Assembly (NCBI GenBank): GCA_046498225.1
Contig: JAWOBF010000001.1
Span: 1-24,282 of the forward strand
DNA length: 24,282 bases
Direction: 5' to 3'
From: Candidatus Aegiribacteria sp.
GTDB lineage: Bacteria > Fermentibacterota > Fermentibacteria > Fermentibacterales > JCC-6
The number at the start of each line of letters is the position of its first letter. Within the stretch, counting starts at the first letter, position 1. The notes beneath the pieces are model-generated. The model had not been told where the DNA came from. It saw only the letters and a list, made by a program, of their open reading frames with translations, and ran no database searches. Shown piece after piece: positions 1-7,254 of this stretch. The position numbers and the translations under genes were made by a program.

Positions 1-1538
1 AAGGAAAGGTCCAGGGGGGTCGGTGAGGCGTTGACCAGTGGTATCGACCAGAGGAACGGTGTGTATCGCACCGGGTCCAGCGCCTGCAGGTCGCTGTGGT
101 GTGCAGGGTACTGGCTCCTCCTGGCGGTGGGAGCGCATGTCCTGTGCTGATGCGATATGGAGTAACCGTAGGCGGGATAGTAGTATTTGGCAGTTCCATG
201 GGAGCACGGGATGTTATAGTCCACGGAGAATCTGAGGTGGTCTGTGGTTTCGGCGAACATTATATCCGTACTCCATGCGAGATGTGAACTTTCATCCGGG
301 TATAGGGGATAGTGGAACCTTTCCCCACCCTCGCTCCAGACAGATACTCCCGCGTAATCGGGGGGGGACTGGAACTCGATCGTCAGTGTAACGCTGTCAT
401 GCTGTCCCGCGGACGGGAAGTCCCACCTGGAAAGGGTCATGGAGGTTACTTCGACGGGAGATGGGATATCGGCTATTCCGGGAAGAAAACCAGCCCTGTC
501 CATGACGGCTTCCCGCAGTACCGTCACGTCCTGCTCGAAATCCTCGTTCGTACCGTTCTTCATGGTGTCCGCGTATACGCTCTCACGGATTTCCAGGTAG
601 ATGGAGTCGATGACGCCGGGAAGCTCCCCCTCCATCAGTGACGCTGTCTGAAGCATGCGGTCATGGAACAGCTGGCGGGAGAAGGATTCACGCAGCATCC
701 TGTTGATAAGGGGGGAGATGTTGAAGCAGAACATGGAAGTCTGTTCGACCCACTCCGGATGGTACTCTCCGTCCCACCTGTTGCCGAAGGTCGCGTCCCG
801 GTCCCATGGGTAGTACCTCCAGGACCCGTCCGGCATCAGGTGCAGGTAATAGTTCTTGGTTATCGCGTCCTCGTCCACGATCGCCAGAGCAATGGCTGCG
901 TTGGTGATGAAGTCGTCAACGTCCACGCCGTGGGGGAGTCCCAGGTTAACCCTGTCTATGAGGCTTCTCAGCCGGAAGAGCTGTGAATCCCAGCCTCTCT
1001 CGGCTTCGAAGCCCGCCGTGCCGGAGGTATCGCAGGGCTGCCACAGCAGTCTTCCCACGTGGGAGAGGGACTTGAACAGCGGTCCGTCGGGAAGACCATT
1101 CCTCTCGTAGAAGTAGCGGTCTATTCTCTCCACCTGCACGTAGACCCCGTAGTATTCCCCGTTCACGTAGAACTCAACATGCTCCGTAAGGGGGGCGGGC
1201 AGACCGAGTTCCCGAGACAGAAGTAGTCCCAGGGCGTTCCTCATGAAGGTCCTGTCCCGGTACTGCGCGTCCAGCAGTACGTGGGAATAGCCCAGAAGCT
1301 CCTCATCCCGAAGTTCCAGCTTCCAGCTCTTCTTTGGATAGAGGAGTGAAGTTTCGCCCCTGAAGCCGGCCAGGATACTGCAGGCTCCCGCCGGAGTTTC
1401 CACGAAGGCGGGGAACTGAAGGTCGGCCAGCGGGTCGGCATAGAGCGCAGACAGGTACGAAGTATCTATCTGCATATGGTAGCTCTCAAGGCTTCCCTGC
1501 GACCCTGTCAGCAGTAAAGCCGCGAAAAGCAGCTGCAT
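1..1538 (-). CDS. CotH kinase family protein, probably exported; 3' end runs off the window edge
   Basis: Not in the ORF track because there is no stop in the window. Translated by hand from ATG at 1538 with GGGAGGG RBS just upstream: MQLLFAALLLTGSQGS...FRGETSLLYPKKSWK...QYRDRTFMRNALG...YVNGEYYGVYVQVERID...DEDAITKNYYL...YYPWDRDATFGN. These match the CotH RG-S/KKS-K, NG-YYG-Y..E, D...N and WD-D--FG motifs. The frame was re-checked at several points down to base 3. Confidence 0.85.
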   Translation of the reverse strand, partial: MQLLFAALLLTGSQGSLESYHMQIDTSYLSALYADPLADLQFPAFVETPAGACSILAGFRGETSLLYPKKSWKLELRDEELLGYSHVLLDAQYRDRTFMRNALGLLLSRELGLPAPLTEHVEFYVNGEYYGVYVQVERIDRYFYERNGLPDGPLFKSLSHVGRLLWQPCDTSGTAGFEAERGWDSQLFRLRSLIDRVNLGLPHGVDVDDFITNAAIALAIVDEDAITKNYYLHLMPDGSWRYYPWDRDATFGNRWDGEYHPEWVEQTSMFCFNISPLINRMLRESFSRQLFHDRMLQTASLMEGELPGVIDSIYLEIRESVYADTMKNGTNEDFEQDVTVLREAVMDRAGFLPGIADIPSPVEVTSMTLSRWDFPSAGQHDSVTLTIEFQSPPDYAGVSVWSEGGERFHYPLYPDESSHLAWSTDIMFAETTDHLRFSVDYNIPCSHGTAKYYYPAYGYSISHQHRTCAPTARRSQYPAHHSDLQALDPVRYTPFLWSIPLVNASPTPLDLS

Positions 1539-1608
1539 TTCCCTCCCTGAGAATGGGCATGCTGGAAAGAACAACGTGTCCTGTAAAGAAATTGCATTAT
1601 CAGCCTCA

Positions 1609-1637
1609 AGTATATAGCCTGCGGATACCTGTTACAA
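1609..1637 (-). promoter_or_regulatory. Putative sigma70 promoter for the CotH-family gene
   Basis: Minus strand TTGTAA (1637-1632), 17-bp spacer, TATACT (1614-1609), about 70 bp upstream of the ATG. Confidence 0.45.
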
Positions 1638-1670
1638 CCTTCCCGCAGGCCGTGCCGGTCCTGTCCCGAA

Positions 1671-3023
1671 CTAGAGAGAGAACTTCTCCATGTGTATTCC
1701 ATCCCTCCCGACGCCCATGTCCGTGAGCATATCTTCCACCATCTTCATCATCGGGGGCGGACCGCAGATATAGAATGCGGTATCGGACATGTCGCCCGCC
1801 AGCCTTTCCATCTTATCCCGGTCGATGTAACCTGTCTCGCCCTCCCAGGATTCATCGGGTCTGCTCAGTATATGAACGACGGTCAGCCTCGGGCTCCCGT
1901 CCGAAGCGGACATCTCCTCCAGCTCTTCCCTGAACACTATGTCCCCCTCCGTACGGCAAGCGTAGAGCAGAAGTGCTTCCCGCTTCGAGCCGGTGTCGCG
2001 CATATGGCGGAGCATGCTCATGAGGGGGGTGATGCCGATGCCGCCTGCGATGAACACGCAGCGGGACCTCTCCCGGTGGAGCAGGTGGGAGAACCGGCCG
2101 TAGGGGGCCATGATAGCGGCCCTGTCGCCCTCCATGGTACTGCCCATCGTCCGGGTGTAATCCCCGGACTCCTTGACAGTCACGCTGACCGAACCATTCC
2201 GAGAGGGACTGGAGGAAATAGAGAAGGGATGCTCCTCCACCGGCAGCCCCCTTCCCCGCAGCATAGTCACGAACAGGAACTGGCCGGGAAGGTAGTCAAA
2301 GACCTCTCTTCCACCCGGCGGGGCGAGGACGATGTTCCATACGTCGTGGGACGCGGCGTCCACTTTCTTCACCGTCCATGGCCTGACCCTGCCTCCCAGC
2401 CGCCTGTATACCGTAAGGTGAAAGTAGGAGAAAACGCCTATGCCCGCCAGAGCGAACCAGACTATCCTGATGGCCTGAGGCTGGTATCTCACCGCCGCCG
2501 TGTAGCTGTGAAGGAAGATGCCGGCCAGGATCACCGGCGTAAGCCAGCTGTGCCCCCGGAACCACCACTGGAAGGGTATGCGGAAGCTGGAATGGAAAAG
2601 CGCCGCCAGACCGAACAGCAGCAGCACCGCCAGGGTCGCTTTCGCCGCGAGAAGGAACCATGGAAGGTCAAAGCTCAGAAGCAGCCGGGCGCTTCCACTG
2701 GAGAGTGCCAGGAATACCGGATGGGCGGTGACCAGCAGAGCGGCGATGACGCCCGTTACCCTGTGAACGCCCAGCAGCCTGTCCAGCCCGAACGGCCTTT
2801 CGAACCATTTGAACCGGCAGGACAGAAAAGGCTGCAGGGACAGCATGGCGAAACCCGTGAGGCCCATGGCCAGTCCGACCCTTCGAAGGATTTCCCCGCC
2901 GCCTGCACTCCCCGAAACGGCGTCCGCGGCCAGGGGCGACAGGACCAGCAGCAGGTAGAGGGCCGCCCTCCAGGCCATGGACAGCCTGTGGGAGCGGGTT
3001 CCGGCGATCGTCATGCCCTGCAT
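1671..3023 (-). CDS. Ferric reductase / bacterial NOX-like flavocytochrome b (bis-haem TM domain + FAD/NAD(P)H FNR domain)
   Basis: Hydrophobic N-half with two H-x13-H pairs (HRVTGVIAALLVTAH, HSWLTPVILAGIFLH). C-half has PGQF, HPFSISS, APYGRF, IAGGIGITP, YICGPPPM and terminal EKF. The real start is probably ATG 3023 or 3014, just after the DOMON stop, rather than 3095. Confidence 0.9.
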   Translation of the reverse strand: MQGMTIAGTRSHRLSMAWRAALYLLLVLSPLAADAVSGSAGGGEILRRVGLAMGLTGFAMLSLQPFLSCRFKWFERPFGLDRLLGVHRVTGVIAALLVTAHPVFLALSSGSARLLLSFDLPWFLLAAKATLAVLLLFGLAALFHSSFRIPFQWWFRGHSWLTPVILAGIFLHSYTAAVRYQPQAIRIVWFALAGIGVFSYFHLTVYRRLGGRVRPWTVKKVDAASHDVWNIVLAPPGGREVFDYLPGQFLFVTMLRGRGLPVEEHPFSISSSPSRNGSVSVTVKESGDYTRTMGSTMEGDRAAIMAPYGRFSHLLHRERSRCVFIAGGIGITPLMSMLRHMRDTGSKREALLLYACRTEGDIVFREELEEMSASDGSPRLTVVHILSRPDESWEGETGYIDRDKMERLAGDMSDTAFYICGPPPMMKMVEDMLTDMGVGRDGIHMEKFSL

Positions 3024-3028
3024 TCCGG

Positions 3029-3565
3029 CTACAGCTCCAGCTCTGCCGTGTGAGCTTCGCTGTGCATTCCGGTGAAACCGTCCCGGTTTCCCCATGCGGC
3101 CAGGATACGAATGGTATCTCCCGGCGTGAGGACCGGGTCCAGTTCATCGGATGGCTCCATGGGCAGCGTAAAGCTGAAAGTGGTCTTTCCATCGGATTCC
3201 TGAACGTCGGCCTCCATTATGTCATCGGTCCCCCCGAGGTCCGTGTCCGGAGAATGCGAAACGGGAGATGTTCCGTGGTCATCCCTGTAATGGGCGCCAT
3301 TCTCATCGGCGTAACCTATTATCAGAGAGGCGTCCTTCATGGCGGGACCGCCGCCGAAGCCCACGGCCACCCATCCCTCCGCTGGCGCCTCTATCCGGAA
3401 GCAGAAGGCGTCCTCCATTTCGCGCCACGAGAGAGTCATCTCCTCGATCTCCACAGTCTTCCAGCCGTCATCCCCCTCCGCGGAAGCTATTCCACCGAGG
3501 TCGTGCGCAGCCGAGGCAGCGGCGAAGAACATCATCAAGAGCAGTATGAAAGCGGTCATTTTCAT
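3029..3565 (-). CDS. Secreted DOMON domain protein (haem-binding type)
   Basis: Signal peptide MKMTAFILLLMMFFAAASA. DOMON motifs GWVAVGFG..AMKDA (Met ligand position), D....GTDDI, TTFSFTLP and ILAAWG...GMH (His ligand position). Confidence 0.85.
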   Translation of the reverse strand: MKMTAFILLLMMFFAAASAAHDLGGIASAEGDDGWKTVEIEEMTLSWREMEDAFCFRIEAPAEGWVAVGFGGGPAMKDASLIIGYADENGAHYRDDHGTSPVSHSPDTDLGGTDDIMEADVQESDGKTTFSFTLPMEPSDELDPVLTPGDTIRILAAWGNRDGFTGMHSEAHTAELEL

Positions 3566-3620
3566 GGTGTCATCCTTTCCAAAACAGTTTCAACGGGTAT
3601 TCGGGGGTGGCCGATCCCGC

Positions 3621-3635
3621 TGAATATCAATCTCA
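3621..3635. promoter_or_regulatory. Candidate Fur-family 7-1-7 operator
   Basis: TGAATAT-C-AATCTCA is an imperfect TGA-N9-TCA dyad. It abuts a minus-strand TATATT (-10-like, 3640-3635) upstream of the DOMON gene. Confidence 0.4.
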
Positions 3636-3693
3636 ATATAGAGGACAGAGCCGCCGCACGGTAGTGAACTTCCTTTTCTTCAGACGGTGGCCA

Positions 3694-3723
3694 TTGACAG
3701 AGGACGGTGTTTCCGAATAATTT
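3694..3723 (+). promoter_or_regulatory. Putative sigma70 promoter for bfr
   Basis: Perfect TTGACA at 3694-3699 followed 16-18 bp later by AATAAT/TAATTT (3716-3723). AAAGGAAG RBS-like sequence lies before ATG 3770. Confidence 0.5.
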
Positions 3724-3769
3724 AACATGTATCCAATAACTCATTCATAACTGAAATTGAAAGGAAGAC

Positions 3770-4312
3770 ATGGCCGAGAAGAGCAGGGAAGAGAAGAGGA
3801 AGGCCGTCATAGAAGTTCTGAACCGGGCCCGGAAGATGGAGCTCCACGCCATCGTTCAGTACATGAACCAGCATTACGGGCTGGATGACATGGACTACGG
3901 CGAGCTGGCAGGCAACATAAAGCTTATAGCCATCGACGAGATGAAGCACGCCGAGGATTTCGCCGAACGGATAAAGGAACTGGGCGGCGAACCCACTTCC
4001 GACAGGGCCCGGGAGGTGGAGCCGGACCAGGAGGTGGAACAGATATTCAAGTTCGACAGCGGTCTGGAGGATGGCACCATCGAAGAGTACAACCGCTTCC
4101 AGGCCGTCTGCCGAGAGAACGATGACAGCATCACCGCCAAGCTCTTCGAGCGGATAATCGACGAGGAGCAGGAGCATCTCAATTACTTCGACGATGTGGG
4201 CGAACACATCGAGCAGCTGGGTGCCGCCTACCTGGCCGGGAAAGCCGGGACATCTTCCGACACCGGCCTTACCATAATGGGCTTCGTAGCCCAGCGGGCT
4301 GGAGAGGAATAA
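3770..4312 (+). CDS. bfr: Bacterioferritin (Desulfovibrio-type)
   Basis: MELHAIVQYMNQHYGLDDMDYGELAGNIKLIAIDEMKHAEDFAERIKELGGEP closely resembles Desulfovibrio desulfuricans Bfr as I recall it. Ferroxidase E, ExxH, E, ExxH ligands and the haem Met in DEMKH are present. Confidence 0.93.
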   Translation: MAEKSREEKRKAVIEVLNRARKMELHAIVQYMNQHYGLDDMDYGELAGNIKLIAIDEMKHAEDFAERIKELGGEPTSDRAREVEPDQEVEQIFKFDSGLEDGTIEEYNRFQAVCRENDDSITAKLFERIIDEEQEHLNYFDDVGEHIEQLGAAYLAGKAGTSSDTGLTIMGFVAQRAGEE

Positions 4313-4360
4313 CCGGCCGCAGTCCGTAACGACCGTTCAGCCTTGCCGGCCCAGCTGATG

Positions 4361-4398
4361 GCCCGCCGTAGACTTTGAGCCCGCGGCGGGCTTATATT
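4361..4398 (+). promoter_or_regulatory. GC inverted repeat (possible bfr terminator) overlapping a putative ppdK promoter
   Basis: GCCCGCCG (4361-4368) pairs with CGGCGGGC (4384-4391), with a nested dyad AGCCCGC-G-GCGGGCT (4378-4392). TAGACT (4369-4374) and TATATT (4393-4398) are spaced 18 bp apart. Confidence 0.35.
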
Positions 4399-4439
4399 AC
4401 GTGTTCGCATATTCCTGTTTGAACCTGAGGAGAGAATTT

Positions 4440-7217
4440 ATGGATAAGACCAAGTACGTCTATTTTTTCGCAAGCGACAGAACCGAGGGAGACCGCAGCC
4501 AGAAGGAACTTCTGGGCGGCAAGGGCGCCAACCTGGCGGAGATGACCAGGCTGGGTCTGCCCGTACCCCCGGGGTTCACCATATCCACCGAGGCCTGCTC
4601 GGCCTATTACACCGAAGGCCGAAGCGGTACCTGGCCCGCCGGTCTCGAGGATGAGGTCAGACAGAAGCTGGCCCTGCTTGAAGAAGTTACCGGAAGGGAG
4701 TTCGGTTCCGGGGAAGAACCTCTGCTGGTATCGGTCAGGAGCGGCGCCGCCGTTTCCATGCCCGGCATGATGGATACAGTTCTCAACCTGGGCCTGAACG
4801 AGAATTCAATTCAGGCACTGATAAAGAAGACAGGCAATCCGCGGTTCGTTTGGGACGCCTACAGGAGATTCATCCAGATGTTCGGAGATGTGGTAATGGG
4901 AATACCCCATCACAGCTTCGAGGAAGCCCTGGACGAGGTGAAGGACCGAAAGGGTGTCGAACTCGATACCGACCTCTCCACCGATGATCTGAAGGAAGTG
5001 GTGGATAGTTTCAGGAAGATCTACGACAGGGAGATAGGGGAACATTTCCCGGATGACCCCTGGGAGCAGCTGAAACACTCCATCGACGCGGTATTCGGCT
5101 CCTGGAACAACGCCAGGGCCATACGCTACCGGGAGATCAACGAGATAACCGGACTGGTGGGAACCGCGGTAAACGTTCAGACCATGGTCTTCGGCAACAT
5201 GGGCGACGAATCCGGCACAGGCGTGTGCTTTACCAGGAACCCGGCCAACGGAGAGAACAAGTTCTACGGAGAATACCTGATGAACGCCCAGGGGGAGGAC
5301 GTGGTGGCCGGCACCAGGACACCCAAGCCCATCTCCACCCTTCGCAATGTCAACGAATCAGCCTACGAGGAGCTTCTGGAGATAAGGAAGAAACTTGAGG
5401 AGCACTACCTGGACATGCAGGACATCGAGTTCACCATTCAGGAGGGCAAGCTCTACATCCTTCAGACCAGGACGGGAAAGAGGACCGTGTTCGCCGCCCT
5501 GAACATAGCCGTGGATATGGAGCAGGAGGACCTGATAGACCGGAAGACCGCTCTCAACAGGGTTCCCACGTCCAGCTTCAACCAGCTTTTCGCGCCTATC
5601 CTGGGCAAGGAGAGTAAAGAGAAGGCCCAATATCTCACCACCGGCCTCAGCGCCTCTCCCGGTGGAGCCTGCGGAAAGGCGGTATTCACCGCCGAGGACG
5701 CCGAGGAGTGGGCCAAAAAGGGAGAGGACGTCATCCTCTGCAGGAAGGAGACCAGCCCCGAGGATATCGGCGGTATGTCGGCGTCCAGGGGCATCATTAC
5801 CTCCAGGGGCGGCATGACCTCTCACGCGGCCGTGGTCGCCCGGGGAATGGGAATACCATGTGTGGCCGGGGCCAGCGACCTCAGGGTGGATTCAGCATCG
5901 GGAAAGATGACCTGCGGCGAAGAGGTGATAAACGAGGGGGACGTGATAGCCCTCGACGGTTTCTCGGGAGAGGTCTTCTCCGGAGAGGTGAAGGTGAAAC
6001 CCTCGGAGATACTTACCATTTCCGCAGGTGAAGGTGACCCGAAGGATTCACGGCTCTACATGAACTACTCCAGGCTCATGGAATGGGCAGACGAGTACAG
6101 AAGGCTTGGAGTCAGGGCCAACGCCGAGACCGTGCGGGACACCGCTGCCGCGGTGAACTTCGGGGCCGAGGGGATAGGGCTCTGCAGAACAGAACACATG
6201 TTCTTCGGCGAGAACAGGATAGCTTCCTTCAGGAAGTTGATACTGGTGGCCGAGGAGGTGAAGGACCTCAGGGAACAGATAGAAGCCAGGGAGGGCGATA
6301 CATCGGAGCTGGAGGAGAAACTGGCCGGCCCGCTGGAAGATTACAACGAAGCCCTGGAGGAGCTGGTGCCCCTTCAGAAGGGTGATTTCGCCGGAATATT
6401 CAGGGAACTGAACGGACGCCCGTGTACCGTAAGGCTGCTGGACCCTCCCCTGCATGAATTCCTGCCCCACGACGAGGCGGGCCAGATGGAGATGGCCAGG
6501 CGGATGGACCTTCCGGTGGACAAGATAAAGCAAACCGTGGAGAAGCTTCACGAGTTCAACCCCATGCTGGGTCATCGGGGCTGCAGGCTGGGCCTGACCT
6601 ACCCCGAGGTCTCGGACATGCAGGTGAGGGCCATAATGGAAGCCGCCATACAGGTAAGGCAGGAAGGCGTGAAAGTCCTTCCCGAGATAATGATACCGCT
6701 GGTGGGACACCCCGAAGAGCTTCGCATCGCCAGGGAGAGAGCGCAGAAGGTCATAGATGAGATACTGGACCAGGCCGGCCTGGACCATGACTACATCGAT
6801 TACAGGATAGGCACCATGATCGAGATACCCAGAGCCGTCATAGACGCGGCCAGGGTGGCTGAATACGCCGATTTCTTCAGTTTCGGGACCAACGACCTCA
6901 CCCAGATGGCCTGCGGCTTCTCCAGGGACGACTCTGGAGCTTTCCTGGAAGATTACGTCAAGATGGGCATCTACGAGGAGGATCCCTTCACCACCATAGA
7001 CGTCAGCGGAGTCGGGCGTTTCGTGGAGATGGGCGTCAGGGAAGGCAGGAGTGCCAGGCCCGACCTCAAGGTTGGAGTATGCGGTGAGCACGGAGGTGAC
7101 CCCAAGTCCATAGCCTTCTTCAACGGGGCCGGTCTGGACTACGTATCCTGTTCACCTTTCCGGGTACCGGTGGCCAGACTGGCGGCGGCCCAGGCGGTGA
7201 TAAACGGGGATAGCTGA
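4440..7217 (+). CDS. ppdK: Pyruvate, phosphate dikinase
   Basis: LLGGKGANLAEM, PLLVSVRSGA..SMPGMMDT, phospho-His motif GGMTSHAAVVAR, GIGLCRTEHMF, NPMLGHRGCR, FFSFGTNDLTQM, CGEHGGDP. Start placed at ATG 4440 after an AGGAG RBS. Confidence 0.98.
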   Translation: MDKTKYVYFFASDRTEGDRSQKELLGGKGANLAEMTRLGLPVPPGFTISTEACSAYYTEGRSGTWPAGLEDEVRQKLALLEEVTGREFGSGEEPLLVSVRSGAAVSMPGMMDTVLNLGLNENSIQALIKKTGNPRFVWDAYRRFIQMFGDVVMGIPHHSFEEALDEVKDRKGVELDTDLSTDDLKEVVDSFRKIYDREIGEHFPDDPWEQLKHSIDAVFGSWNNARAIRYREINEITGLVGTAVNVQTMVFGNMGDESGTGVCFTRNPANGENKFYGEYLMNAQGEDVVAGTRTPKPISTLRNVNESAYEELLEIRKKLEEHYLDMQDIEFTIQEGKLYILQTRTGKRTVFAALNIAVDMEQEDLIDRKTALNRVPTSSFNQLFAPILGKESKEKAQYLTTGLSASPGGACGKAVFTAEDAEEWAKKGEDVILCRKETSPEDIGGMSASRGIITSRGGMTSHAAVVARGMGIPCVAGASDLRVDSASGKMTCGEEVINEGDVIALDGFSGEVFSGEVKVKPSEILTISAGEGDPKDSRLYMNYSRLMEWADEYRRLGVRANAETVRDTAAAVNFGAEGIGLCRTEHMFFGENRIASFRKLILVAEEVKDLREQIEAREGDTSELEEKLAGPLEDYNEALEELVPLQKGDFAGIFRELNGRPCTVRLLDPPLHEFLPHDEAGQMEMARRMDLPVDKIKQTVEKLHEFNPMLGHRGCRLGLTYPEVSDMQVRAIMEAAIQVRQEGVKVLPEIMIPLVGHPEELRIARERAQKVIDEILDQAGLDHDYIDYRIGTMIEIPRAVIDAARVAEYADFFSFGTNDLTQMACGFSRDDSGAFLEDYVKMGIYEEDPFTTIDVSGVGRFVEMGVREGRSARPDLKVGVCGEHGGDPKSIAFFNGAGLDYVSCSPFRVPVARLAAAQAVINGDS

Positions 7218-7254
7218 CCGGTGCCCTGATACCAGCAGAGAGCGTATCCGGCAT

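Noticed and set aside
360..367. G8 homopolymer in the CotH gene as a phase-variation tract
   Set aside because: It is short, in frame (Ser-Pro-Pro) and unremarkable at this GC content.
38..1110. Several short plus-strand ORFs at the left end
   Set aside because: They are antisense shadows of the CotH-family CDS found on the minus strand.
4240..4312. Bfr C-terminal GLTIMGF as an encapsulin cargo-loading peptide
   Set aside because: Poor match to LxVGSL/GxLGIGSL, no encapsulin gene in the window, and a similar tail exists in Desulfovibrio Bfr, which forms its own cage.
4369..4398. MerR-type promoter (dyad within a long spacer) before ppdK
   Set aside because: The spacer is 18 bp rather than 19-20, there is no MerR gene nearby, and a terminator-like hairpin explains the dyad equally well.
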